Source of the DNA: Octopus sinensis
Taxonomy: Eukaryota
Assembly: GCF_006345805.1 (NCBI RefSeq)
Contig: NC_043010.1
Span: 2,232,001-2,296,000, forward strand
Direction of reading: 5' to 3'
Length of the DNA stretch: 64,000 nt
In this document: positions 12,600 to 25,580 of the stretch, one piece after another
Layout: each line of letters starts with the position of its first letter
Position numbering within the stretch: the stretch's first letter is position 1
Made by a program: the position numbers and the translations under genes
Notes under the pieces: generated by a model
The model's database searches: none
Told to the model about the DNA's origin: nothing
What the model saw: the letters and a program-made list of their open reading frames with translations, nothing else

Positions 12600-14075
12600 A
12601 CATTATGCCGTACTGTAGTATAAGGTTACCCTACTGTACAGTAATATAAAGTTACTGTATCATATTCAACTATAAAGCTATTGTACTGAACTGTACTATA
12701 AGGTTATTGAAATGTACTATACTGAAATGTACTGTAAATTTACTGCACTGTACTGAACTGTACTGAACTGAACTGTACAATAAGGTTACTGTACCATGAG
12801 GTTACTGTACTGAACTATAAGGTCATTATAGTGTACTTTATAGGGTTACTGTACTTAGCTGTTAGGCTACTGTACTCTACTATGATATTGGTTTCGAATT
12901 TTGGCACAGGCTAGTAATTTCCAGGAGAGGGGATCAATCCCAGTGCTCAACTGGTATTTATTGATCCCGAAAGGATGAAAGGCAAAGTTGAACTTGGTAG
13001 AATTTGAACTCAGAACGTAAGGAAAAACGAAATACCACTAAGCATATTTTCCCAGCATGCTAACAGTTCTGCCAGCGAATGATAATAATGGTTTCAAATT
13101 TTGGCACAAGGGAAGCAATTCTGAGGGAGGGGGTAAGTCAATCATATCGTTCCCTTGCTCAACTGGTACTTAATTTATTCTTTTCTACTCTAGGTGCAAG
13201 GCCTGAAATTTTGGGGGTGGGGGCCAGTTGATTAGATCAACCCCGGTACGCAACTGGTACTTAATTTTTGACCCCGAAAGGATGAAAGGCAAAGTCGACT
13301 TCAGCAGAATTTGAACTCAGAATGCAAAAACAGATGAAATACCTCCAAGCATTTCACACAGTGTGCTAACGTTTCTGCCAGCTCAGTGCCTTTAGTACTT
13401 AATTTACTGACACCGAAAGGATGGAAGGCAAAGTTTACCTCAACAGAATTTGGACTCAGAATGTAAAGATGGATGAAACGGTGCTAAATATTTTGTTAAT
13501 GATTCTGCCAGCTCACCGTCCTATTGTGTATACTGATATTGGTTTCAAATTTTTGCCAGAAGGTCAGAAACTTTGAGAGAAGGGGTTAAGTCAATTACAT
13601 CAACCCCAAGTGCTCAACTGGTACTTCTTTTATCGAGTCGAAAAGGATGAAAGGCAACATCGAATTTGGTGGAATTTGAACTCGGAACATAAAGACAGAC
13701 GAAAAACTGTTAAGCATTTCACCTGGCATGCTAACAATTCAGCCAGCTCACTGCCTTACTATAATACTATTAAGTTAGATAGTGTACTGAATTATAAAGC
13801 TACTATACTGTACTGCTCTGAACTCCAAGCATACTATAATGCAAGGTTACATACTATACTAGGCTATAAAGTTACTGCACTATATTGAACTATAGGGTTA
13901 CTGTATTGTAATGTTAATGCACTGTACTATAAGGCTACTGAACTGTATTGAAGAGGACTATAAGGTTATTGTACTATAGTGAATTGTACTATAAGCTTAC
14001 TGTACTGAACTAATCTGTAAGCTTATTATTACTTAATTATACTACAGGCCAATGTACTATACTGAACTGCTCTGA
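12600..14075. repeat. Degenerate (ACTGT/ACTAT)-based satellite interrupted by a SINE cluster
   Basis: Recurring ataaggttactgtactgaact units at 12600-12885 and 13760-14075. Confidence 0.75.
12888..13760 (-). mobile_element. Cluster of four to five stacked or nested SINE family B copies
   Basis: gaaaggatgaaaggcaaag recurs at ~12969, 13276, 13415, 13641, each followed by gaatttgaactcagaa and ttctgccagc. Confidence 0.88.
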
Positions 14076-14406
14076 ATAGAACTTTTCTATGGCATTTCAA
14101 TGAAGTATTCACAAACTGCCTGCCTCTAAATACTAAGGTAAATACCAGACTGAAGGAAAAAGAAAGGAAAAAATATGGAAAAAAAGAAAGGAAAAAAGGA
14201 TGAAGACCAGAAAGAAGGAAAGAAGAAAAGAAAGAAAAAGAAGTAATGAAAAGAAAAGATACTTCTTAGATAAACATAAACATAAAATGGAAAAATTAAC
14301 TATTATCTTTTATCATCTACTTGTTTCAGTCATTAGACTGTGGCCATGCTGGGGCATCACCTTGAAGAAATTTTTGTTGAAAGAATCGCTTCCAGTACTT
14401 AAATAC

Positions 14407-14437
<31 letters not shown>

Positions 14438-14469
14438 TATATATATATATATGAGAGAGAGAGGAAGAG

Positions 14470-15098
14470 AGTAAGCTGGCAAAATCATTAGCCTTCCAGA
14501 CAAAATGCTTCATGGCTTTTTGTCCGTCTTTATGTTCTGAGTTCAAATTCCGCCAACGGGTTGACTTTGTCTTTCATCCTTTCAGGGCTGATAAAATAAT
14601 GTACCAGTTAATCCTTTGGGTCAACGACTTACGCCTTCCTCTAAATTTTCTAGCCTTGGGCCAAAATGTGAAACCAATATTAAGAGGGAGGGCTGGTCAA
14701 ACTACTAATCCCTTTTTTTTGTATTTGTATTTCTTTCAGTCATTTGACTGGACCCATGCTGGAGCACTGCCTTTAGTCGAACAAATGAACCCCAGAACTT
14801 ATTCTTTGTAAGCCTAGTATTTATTCTATCAGTTTTTTTTTGCCGAACTGCAAAGTTACAGGGACATAAAAACACCAGCGTTGGTTGTCAAGCAATAGTG
14901 GGGGGCACAAAACAGACACACAAACATTATGTAAATATATATATATATATGACAGGCTTCTTTCAGTTTCTGTCTACCAAATCCACTCACAAGGCTTTGG
15001 TCAGCCTGAGGCTATAGCAGATGACACCTGCCCAAGGTGCCATGCAGTGGGACTGAACCCAGAACCATGTGGTTGGTAAGCAAGCTGCTTACCACACA
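14470..15098. mobile_element. SINE B (+, 14470-14680) followed by SINE A (-, 14733-15098)
   Basis: Family motifs as above. Confidence 0.82.
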
Positions 15099-15842
15099 GG
15101 TTACTTTTCATTTTTTTCAGTCATCAGTTTGTGGTCATGCTGGGGCACCTCCTTGAAGAGTTTACTCAAACAAATGAACTCCAGTACTTTTCTCTTTTAC
15201 GTCTAGTATTGGTCTCTTTACCTGAGCTGCTATTTTATGGAAATGTAAACAAACCAACACCTGCTTGTCAAGTCGTGGTGTGGACAAACACAGGTGCATG
15301 TGCACACATACACATGCATGTGCATTAGCAGCAGCAGGCATAGCTAACAGGCACAGGCATGGCTGTGTGGTTAAAAAGTTTGCCTCACAAGCACATGATT
15401 TTGGTTCAGTCCCATTGTGTAGCACTTTGAGCAAAATGTCATCAAAACCATGCAAGTAGATTGGTAAAGGAAGGATTGCTGTATATATTTGTGTGTGTGT
15501 GTGTGTGTGTACATATGCATGATTGCATGAGTTTGTTTAACATTAGTGTCTCAGGAAATCACAGAGCAATACGTGGTGACATTCTTGTCATTTTCTTCTG
15601 TCTTCCGACTTTATATCTTCAAAGACAGATCAATAAGATGTCTCTGACTTAAAAGACAGGCAGAAATTAGTATCTGGTTATATAAGCAGTAATATAGTCA
15701 CCCAATTCAGAGTAACATGAAAAACTGAACTTAACTAATGATGTAGATGCGTATAATACAATGTATAATACATATTACCCCTGTCAGCCTATTTCTGTTC
15801 AAAAACGTGAGTTTATTAATCATCAGGTTTTGTCATTCATCT

Positions 15843-16060
15843 TCATCATCATTTAACGTCCATTTTCCATGATGCTATGGGTTGGAAGCTTCAACAGAGG
15901 GGGATGAGCCAGAGGACTGCATCAAGACTCAATGTCATCTTTGGAAATGGTTTCTATGGCTGGATGCTGTTGTTAATACCAACCACTCTACAGAGTGTCC
16001 TGGGTCCCTTTTACATGGCACCAGCACCAGTGAGGTCACCAAGTAACTGACAAGACAAGA
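15843..16060 (-). mobile_element. SINE-type family C copy
   Basis: (CAT)n-ttaacgtccattttcc...ggtttctatggctggatgc...ccagcaccagtgaggtcacc. Confidence 0.75.
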
Positions 16061-17531
16061 ACCACAATCAAGAGGGTAGAACGTTGAAGGAAGTGGCTTT
16101 ATATCTGGTGATGAAAGGTTAAAGAGAGGACAGACGGACAGGAACAGGTGTCCTGTTGTAGAGAAGATGAATTGTTGTTCCATTGGTAAAGAGAAAAGAT
16201 TGTGGTGAGTATAGAAGAAGTGGTACAGAAGATCGGACTGTGTGAGTTGGTAGGTAAGTAAGTTTGCTAGAATTTGAAAGGAGAGTAATTTAATACATAA
16301 GCATCTGCATTTTTAAAAAAAAAACAGAAAAAGAATAGTTATTTCATGAAATTAGGCAATGTTCTTATTAGAGAGATGTAAGAGATGGTACAAAAATTAA
16401 AGAAAGAAAAAATGAATAAAAAGAAAGGAATAAAAAGAAAAGAAAAAGGCTGACAAATTCTTGACAATCATCATTTGTAGTTTTCTAGAAAATGGTTTGT
16501 GCATTGTTTTCTCAACAACCTCAGTATTTGCAATATATATTTCTTTATGTTCTTTTTTATTTTCGTTTTTTTTTTTAAGAAGAAAAAAGCAAAAGTTGTT
16601 TTATCAATATGGAGACTTATAATACGAGGCTTAAAAGATAAATATTACTATAATGATATTAATAAAATATGAGATTAAAGTTATATCATATTAAATATGA
16701 TGCTTGAAAGATAAGAAATGTTATTATCAAAGTATTAAGAATTTTAAGTATTACATTAAAAATAAAATTTGAGTATTTAAACGTTACTAGTACGAACATT
16801 CATATGCACTGGCAACATGGCTTGAATTGTTCAAAGGGGTAGATATAAAAGCAAATGGGTAACTAGTTTAGCAGAAATATGTGACTAAATTATGCATCTC
16901 ATAAAATGGATAGTTATGTTCATACAATAATTACAATTTTTAAAACATTCATACTTGTTCTGCAATCTCTCAAAGGTAACTAACTACATTATTCTGATGT
17001 CTGTACTACAAGTCAACCTTTATTGTCAGTATAAATATATAGAGATGAGCAGTTATGGTGATATGCATGCCAAATGTACAGAAATATGTCAAATGCAAGG
17101 TATCAATTTTTTCAGGGGTATTGTGAATGCAAAATAAAAATGTTGTGGTGTTAAGATGATGTTGGTAGGTAACTGTAAATATTATGCACATACAAGACAA
17201 ATATTTATGTTCTGTATATTTTGTACCAAATTGCAGTAATTCATTCTCAGTGGTTCTTAATGAAAGTGACTGTTGTTTTTTTTCTTTCAAATAATATTTT
17301 ATATGTTTCTCTTGTAAGGAAATTGCAAGGTTTTCCATTGCCATAGTAAGATTTTGCTTTCTTGGTGATGCTCCATTTTATATTTTGCAGTTAAGATTAC
17401 TTTACAAGCCAGTATATAAGACAATGAAATGTCGGATGTAGTAAAGTTTGAATTTAGTCCTATATATACGTAGTGGGTGACAAGATCCAAGTCCAACTTT
17501 TCCTTTGTAAAAATATAGCATGTATGTATAA

Positions 17532-17587
<56 letters not shown>

Positions 17588-17742
17588 TATATATAGAAAT
17601 ATATATATATATTTTATATATAGATCAAGTAGGTACTGTAAATTTAGAGTGAAAACTTGATAAGTGTAAGCACCTGTATATGCCAGATAGTGGCAGAGGT
17701 GAGAGAATATATCAAATATAAATTATAAACTGAACACAAAGG

Positions 17743-17845
17743 ATATCGTGGTACACATGTTTCAAGCTTTATAAACAATCCATTATTACATCAGTGTATT
17801 ATTGATATAAAAGATGGTTTAAAGCTCTCTTCAGCCGCAAACATT
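17743..17845 (-). ncRNA. Type I hammerhead ribozyme motif (Penelope-like element type)
   Basis: Minus strand: ttgcgg-CTGAAGA-GAGCTTTA...TAAAGCTT-GAAAC-ATGT-GTA/ccacga; intact core, 8-bp stem II, palindromic stem III (ACATGT), stem I with one mismatch. Confidence 0.7.
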
Positions 17846-17861
17846 GTTAGTCCAAAGATTA

Positions 17862-18147
17862 CGTCACAATATAAAAAGTACACATAGTATTACCCATTAT
17901 AATAGGTTTATCATATCTCCTTGAAAAAGTATATTTGTCTAAATGTATAAAGATTCATTGGATTTCAAAAATCTGCCCATACTGTACTGTACTCTTTCAG
18001 CATAGAAAGAGTACATGCTGAATGGTGGTACAGTAAGGGCAGATTTTTGAAATCCAATGAATCTTTATACATTTATACAATTATACAAATATACTTTTTC
18101 AAGGAGATATGATAAACCTATTATAATGTACTTTTTATATTGTGATG
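17862..18147. repeat. Long inverted repeat (~120-bp arms) with an inner 11-bp hairpin
   Basis: 17862-17987 is reverse complementary to 18028-18147 apart from two short indels and a few substitutions; loop holds tgtactctttc/gaaagagtaca. Confidence 0.95.
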
Positions 18148-18159
18148 CCACCCTTAGCC

Positions 18160-18735
18160 ACTGGCAAAAGTGGTTCTTCACCCTAAAATAGTCTTGCTTT
18201 GCATCTGGTGGGATTGGAAAGGAATTCTGTACTATGAGCTTCTCCCAAGTAACCAGACAATTAATTCTGAGAAATACTGCACACAACTGGACGAGTTAAA
18301 AACTGCAATTCAAGAGAAACGTCCAGAATTGGCCAACAAGAAGGGTGTTGTTTTCCAACATGATAATGGAAGACCGCATGTTTCTTTGGGAAACATAGAA
18401 AAAAATTGCTGCAGCTCAGCTGGGATGTATTACCCCACCCTCCATATTCACCAGATATTGCTCCTTCGGATTTCCACTTATTCAGGTCTCTGCAGAATAG
18501 TCTTAATGGTAAAAATTTCAATTCCTTGGATGACATAAAAAGACACCTTGATGAATTCTTTGCCCTAAAACCACCTCAATTCTGGGAAGAGGGTATTTTC
18601 AAGTTAAAGAAAAGATGGAGACACATTGTGTAACAAAATGGTTCATATTTGGTTGATTAAAAATGTAATGGCAAGTATTTATTGACCTTTTTCTTTCCTT
18701 TAAAAATTGGCACGAACTTTCCGGACAACCCAATA
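18160..18735 (+). mobile_element. Mariner transposon, 3' half with right TIR; frameshifted transposase
   Basis: LLCIWWDWKGILYYELL...QHDNGRPH and HPPYSPDIAPSDFHLFRSL (DD34D-type motifs) in two frames; ends gaactttccggacaacccaa-TA. Confidence 0.96.
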
Positions 18736-18753
18736 TATATTATATACACACAC

Positions 18754-18785
<32 letters not shown>

Positions 18786-18980
18786 ATATGTTTATGTGTC
18801 TGTCCATCCAACATTGCTTGGCAACCAATGTTTGTGTGATTATGTCCCCGTAACATAGCAGTTCAGCAAAAGGAACCAATAGAATACGTACTGGTGTTGA
18901 TTTGCTCAACTGAAGATGATGCTCCATCATGCCCACAGTCAAATGGCTGAAACAAGCAAAAGAGTAAAAGAGTATATGTA

Positions 18981-19023
<43 letters not shown>

Positions 19024-19867
19024 GGTAGAACCAACATCAGTGCTGAACCAATGTGTGTGTGTATAAACACACACACACACATCAGCAGAAAGTGACAAGA
19101 AATGACTTGAGGAATGAGAGTCTGGTACATGGTATTCATTGTTCTGCGACTTGATATCAAGTCTTTGAGCGTTTTTGAAACTTTCTACTGATGAACATAA
19201 CAATAACTGGGTTGGTGTCGAGGCACAGGGCAGATGAAGAGCAATTCATGTAGTGTGAGTGTATTGTCTCATTGGACAGGTGTAATTCATGATAAACACA
19301 AAAGGGAACCAAGAACCCAACATCGATCGAATCATTCTCATAATGAAGAAAGAAAGTTCCTAGGCTACGGGATTGTCATAGGGAACCCTGAGGAGGTAAC
19401 TGGAGAACTAATGGTTATGCACAGCAGGTTGGAACTGGAAGGCCTGGATTCCACTAGCTGTCATCTAGTGAACGGTCTTAAGTAAGACTAACTCTTGTTG
19501 GCAGCAGCAGTGGCTTTATCTTGTATCCAAGAATTTAGTTTCTTCTTTGCTGAATGCTTCCCATGTGATGATGGAGTTGATGATTTAGGTAGACCAATTC
19601 TTGCTCAGAAGAGCCAATTGCATTGATTGCATGGTAATGTTAGTGGAGGACGAGTTTGATTTTGTCAAGAATTTCTCTCCTGTCATTTGATTTTTTTCCT
19701 TTCCTTTTATGGTAGCTTTGAAGATTTTGGTTCCGATGGTAACAGAATCCTGCCACTTGGTATCGTCTTTATAGAAACTGAAGAAATAAAGCACTGTGTT
19801 GAGAGAAGTTTACGAGGTCTGTATGATATTTGAGGAAGCCTTGGAAGAAAAGAGTAATGAAACTGCT

Positions 19868-20130
19868 CTTATTTCTTTACTGCCCACAAGGGGCTAAACA
19901 TAGAGGGGACAAACAAGGACAAAGTTGATTGCATCAACCCCAGTGTAAAACTGGTACTAAATTTATTGATGAAAGGCAAAGTTGACCTTAGCGGAATTTG
20001 AACTCAGAATGTAAAGACAGACAAAATACCAATAAGCATTTCAGCTGGTGTACTAATTAATGATTCTGCCAGACAAAATACTGCTAAGCATTTCGCATGG
20101 TGTGCTAACGTTTCTGCCAGCTCACAGCCT
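19868..20130 (-). mobile_element. SINE family B copy with internal duplication
   Basis: atttctttactgcccacaaggggctaaac tail; head segment aaaatac..aagcatttc..ttctgccag occurs twice. Confidence 0.82.
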
Positions 20131-20849
20131 TTAATGCAATGAAACTGCTCTTGATAAACCTAAGACCATAGAGGAGGCTGTAGTTAACAGGTTAGGTGAA
20201 GATAGTAAAAACTAGGATTTCAATACAGGAGCCATGGAGTATACTCGTAGACACCTAACACCCACAGTACAGTTACCATCTGATCAAGAAGACAATGAAC
20301 GGGAAATACTTGAAAGATGAAATTGATAGCATGAGGGAGTCAGCAGCATCTTATCAACCTAGAGTTTGTTGAAAGGAAAACTGTGAAGTTAATCCATGAA
20401 GTTCAATAGTCCTGCAGGATGTACACACAAGCAAGATCACAGAACTATGAGGTTTGCTCAGGGGAGGAGCAATTATAGTAGAAGAATGCATAGATGCTAG
20501 GCAGAAGAACAAAGGAAAGTACAATGAATTTCAGTCAAAGAGGTGAATTGAACAAAACACAGCAACTCTGAGAGTCTTAGGAAGATTGAGAATTGTATAA
20601 GGGTTTTGGAAGAATGCCAAGGAATATGTGCAAAGAATGTTGGAAAGGAAATTCAGCCTAAAAAAGAAGGGTTTCTAAACAAAGATGGAGAAAATTAAGA
20701 TCTGAGTCTCCAGTAAAGCAATGAAAGTCAGATGGCTCTCAATATGAATAAAATATGCTCTTTTGTTCAAACTGTTGGCCGTCTTACAGGGATTTGTGAC
20801 GTGAGGCCAAAGAGTGTGTAGCCCCCTGATCTGGAAGAAGTGGTTTCAG

Positions 20850-21950
20850 CCAGTAGCATATAACAGGGATACAAAATATTGGTATTAGTGAAAGCGGAGC
20901 AAGTAACCAAGGCTGTGAATCAACAGAATCCAGTCAATAGAATGTCTGAGGATGTAAAAAGTCAGGTTGAGATGCTACCAAACTGGAAAGCACAAATTTC
21001 TGACTGAAAGAATTCAAGGGAATACAATGGCAGCTAACTTTTTTACCTGGACTAATGCACTTTTGATGATGTGACACTAGACTGGATTGTCGAAGAATGA
21101 ACAACCCTTATCTTGAAACAAGGTTTCTGTGATCATAGATTATCATCTTATTACATGCTTTAATTTGATGAAAAAATTTCTAACAGGAATAATTGCTGAA
21201 CATGTGTACTTATATCTGGAAATGAATGACTTACAGTTTGTCAAGCAGAAAGCTTCAGAAAACTGTCACAGAACACAAAAGTACCCTGCCTACTGATAAA
21301 ATGGTTCTCCTGGATAGATTTCAAAAATTCATATGATATTATACCATACACATGGATACTGGAGTCTCTGAACATGTATAAGATCACTGAGAATGTTTAA
21401 AATTTCATGAGAAAATAGAGAACTACTATTTTCTCACACTCGAAAGCTTGACAGTGTTGATATCAAGCATGTCAAAGTGACATAAACATCTGCTTAATCC
21501 TCTGCTCTTTATGGATAATCTTAAACACTTTGCAAAATCAGAAAAAGAGATTAGTTCTTTGGTGTAAACTATTTATATAGTGAATTTGAACTTCTAGATG
21601 GTGATGGGCATCACAAAGATTTTGACAAGAACCATACAGAGGGGAAAATGGGAGAATTGCAGTGGGATGATATTATGTAATAGAATAAGAATGACAGAAA
21701 TGGAGAAAGCAATATCTCTTGAAGGAGAGAGTGCAAAAGGACCAACTTTGAACAGTGTAAGGTTCTGAAGACTAAACTTAATCCCAGAAACCAAGTGTGT
21801 GCACCATCACCACCTAGGATGGTTCACTGCAGTGCAGGCTTACTTGAGTGGATGCTAGAGAAAATTGATGAAATGGACCGTTATACAAGGAAATTGATGT
21901 AGAAATTCAAATTTTCTCCAACTGAAGTGAAATGCGACTCCTGTACATGG
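20850..21950 (+). mobile_element. Highly decayed non-LTR reverse transcriptase region (R4/Dong-like)
   Basis: Interrupted translation YHLITCFNLMKKFLTGIIAEHVYLYLEMN...KQK and HTWILESLNMYKI resembles YRPITCL..YKLLT.II...EQKG...PHSWILE of R4/Dong RTs. Confidence 0.65.
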
Positions 21951-22151
21951 ACTGAAAACATGATGACACATGCATTCTCAACTGTTTGATGAGGATTTCA
22001 TAAATGTTATAACATGAATATTCTATTTTATTTTCCTTTTTTTTTATTTCATTTCCCTTTGTTTCATTTCCTTGGAAAATTTAAAGAAAACATTCAGCAC
22101 CCACACATGGATAAACTAATAAAGAATTTCATTGTTTCTTCTGACTAACCT

Positions 22152-22189
<38 letters not shown>

Positions 22190-22250
22190 ACACACACACA
22201 CACGTGTGCTTTCATTCTTTTAATTCAGTTCTATATTTAAGAGACGAAGA

Positions 22251-22375
22251 ATTATGTACATTATTTACATTATTTACATTTGACGGATATTTATCCTCAT
22301 CTTGTTTGTTGTTAGCACAAACAAGATGAGGATAAATATCCGTCAAATGTAAATAATGTAAATAATGTACATAAT
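22251..22375. repeat. Perfect 59-bp inverted repeat with 7-nt loop
   Basis: 22251-22309 is the exact reverse complement of 22317-22375; loop tgttagc. Confidence 0.97.
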
Positions 22376-22456
22376 GTACATTCTTTTACTTGTTTCAGTC
22401 CTTTGACTGTGGCCATACTGCAGCACCACCATATGTGTGTGTGTGTGTGTGTGTGT

Positions 22457-22737
22457 GGAAGCGCCGCAGTTGCCCAGTGGCTAGGGCAGTGGACTCGCAG
22501 TTGTAGGATCGCAGTTTCGATTCCTAGACCAGGCGTTGTGAGTGTTTATTGAGCGAAAACACCTAAAGCTACACGAGGATCCGTCAGTGGTTGGGGCGAT
22601 CCCTGCTCTACTCTTTCTTCTGTTGGCCTGCTCGCTTAGCCAGCGGGGTGGCATCATTTGAAGGCTAAAACAATGTGAAGCGCATTGTGACCAGCGATGT
22701 GTAGCAACATCTGATAGCCTGGTTGATCACGGTGATA
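22457..22737 (+). mobile_element. tRNA-derived SINE, CpG-rich, related to family D
   Basis: gcccagtggctagggc (A box), gtttcgattcc (B box), tRNA-like head followed by a non-tRNA body; sits between microsatellites. Confidence 0.75.
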
Positions 22738-24499
22738 CATATATATACATATATATATAAAATTAAGGTTCAGTTGAATTAAGTATTTATATATATATAT
22801 ATGACCATTTTAAAAAGTTGTTCCTCATTCAGTTGCCTTATGGGTAATATGAATAAATGTTATATATGTATATGATTATGTTATTAGATTCCATAATTAA
22901 AGTATTCCATATCTTTTATCTGTTTCAATCACTGGAATGCAGTCATGCTGGGGCATTGCCTTGAAAAATTTTGTTCTTATCATTTTTCAAGTCAAGTAAT
23001 TATTCCAGCATCGTCTTCTGCCAAACTGCTAACTTAAAAGGACACAAACAGCCCAAACACAAAGCAGTGGTAGGGGACAAATACACAACACACAAACACA
23101 CACACACAATGGGCTTTCATACAGATTCCATCGACAGTTTCCCTCACAAGGCATTGATAGGCCTGGGACTGAGAATTTCTTCACTATACAGCCATGCCTG
23201 CATCAATAACATTATAAATTCTGTAACACGCAATGCTTTATATTCCATCTAACACGGATATATGGTTCAAAATCTGATTGGTCGTTGCAAAATATAGACA
23301 AACAATTTTCTGCAAAGGACTTCACAATAGGCCATGCTCTTAGTTTTTCCACCTTGAGCATTGGCACAAACTTTCTTCTGGCATCAGCACAAGAATATCC
23401 AAGATATGTTTCTATAATGCTTATGCAACTGATACTTAAACAAATAAATATTTGAAGTTATTGAAAGAAATTTGTAGTTGCAAATGAATATTGGTTTGGG
23501 GCTGATTTTAGTAACTGAATCAAACACATATTCCTCCTATAAACACATCTAGATATATCAAAATAAATGACAATGATAATGTCACAAAAAAAAAAAATAA
23601 CATATCTTTAAAACATGAAATAAAAATGAATGAATAAAATTTTAATGAATAGCGCTTTAGTAATACTTACAAGACTAACTTTGAAAAAAATTTATCTTAA
23701 ATCAAAACAATGTTGAATTTTGAAGCTGATTCAAGGATAGTAATATCTCAGGGTGCAGAAAAGAATAATGATTTGAAGTATGGGATACAAATGTATACAT
23801 ATTATGACAAGATTACAAATATTAGAGAATCAAATTCAAACACCTAAGAAGCATTTAGATCAAAATACATTTCACAGAAACATTCTATTTGAGAAACCAG
23901 AAAATATTTCTGATTTTGTAATACTTTTTTTTTTTTTTTGATTTTGGACAGTTATACATTCAAAGTAAGATCTGTGTAACAATAATTACGCGCACACACA
24001 TACTCAAAATTTATATAAGTATATTTATGTATGTATAATTATAAATATTTATATAGTCATATATGTTTCTACATACATGAATATGCATATATTTATATAC
24101 GCATGTATAAATACAAATATGTAGAAATTAATCTATATATATATATGTATATATGTATGCATGTGTGTGTATAGATGTATGTGCATATGAGAGAGTGTGT
24201 GAAAGAGAAAGAGATTGAGAGAAGGAGAGAAGAGGGAGGAACACATAGACGCACACACACATACACATGAACATGCAGAGCATTTACAATATTTATACAG
24301 CAATTTATATGCATGGACCCTATTTTTTCCCTATTATACATGCAGGGATACAGCATTGCAGTCCTGCAGCTAAGAGGAGTATTTTGAACTACATGCTTGA
24401 CAATATGCATAAAGCAAAACACACCACAACACACATCTTCATACAAGCTAGCAGAATGCACTCACACATAACGGTAAGCATGCATACACACTATCATAA

Positions 24500-24524
24500 T
24501 GCGTGTGCGCATATATTATATATA

Positions 24525-24559
<35 letters not shown>

Positions 24560-25124
24560 TACATATACACACACACATACACACACACACATATATATAT
24601 ATATGTATGTATATATATAGATATATATATGTATATATATATATACATATATATATATGTTTATGCGCACCCATTTATGTAGCCACATAATATATGTACA
24701 TATATACAGAGAGATAGATAGACAGAGATATAGATATAATGTATATATCTATATATACATATATACTGTATATGTATATATACATATATACATGTATATA
24801 TACATACATACATATGTATGTATCTATGTGCATGTATGTATGTATGTATATATATATAATGTATGTATATATAATGTACATATATATAATGTATGTATAT
24901 ATAATATATATATATATAATGTATATATGTGTGTGTGTGTATATATATATATACGTACATATGCGTATATACATATATGTGCGTATATATATATATATAC
25001 AATGAATATATGTATAAATACATATATATAATGTGTGCGTGTGTGTATACATAAATATATATAATGTATATATACATACATATATATATATATATATATA
25101 TTATATTTATGCAAAATGTGAGTG

Positions 25125-25158
<34 letters not shown>

Positions 25159-25545
25159 GTATATGCACATACATACAGACATATATTGAATTCATATTGC
25201 ATTCATGTATATGTGTGTGTGTGTAAATATAATGATCACATAAACAAACATATGCGCATATGTACAAGATATCTACACATACATTTTTATACAAAGATGT
25301 GTGTGTGTATGTATATATTATACAGGTAGATAGATAGATTTAAATATGAAATCTCAAATCCAAAAGAAAACATGGGTAGACCCATGTAGAATATATGTGT
25401 ACTCACAGATAGTAACAGATACACACATACACTCACACTGCACTTTTACATTTTAATTCGCTCATACACACACTAATAATATATATATATATATACATGC
25501 ACAAACACACACACTATTTCTCTCTTTCTCTCTCTCTCTCTCTAG

Positions 25546-25580
<35 letters not shown>

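Noticed and set aside
22457-22535. tRNA gene
   Set aside because: A and B boxes present but no clean cloverleaf or poly-T terminator; continues into a SINE body
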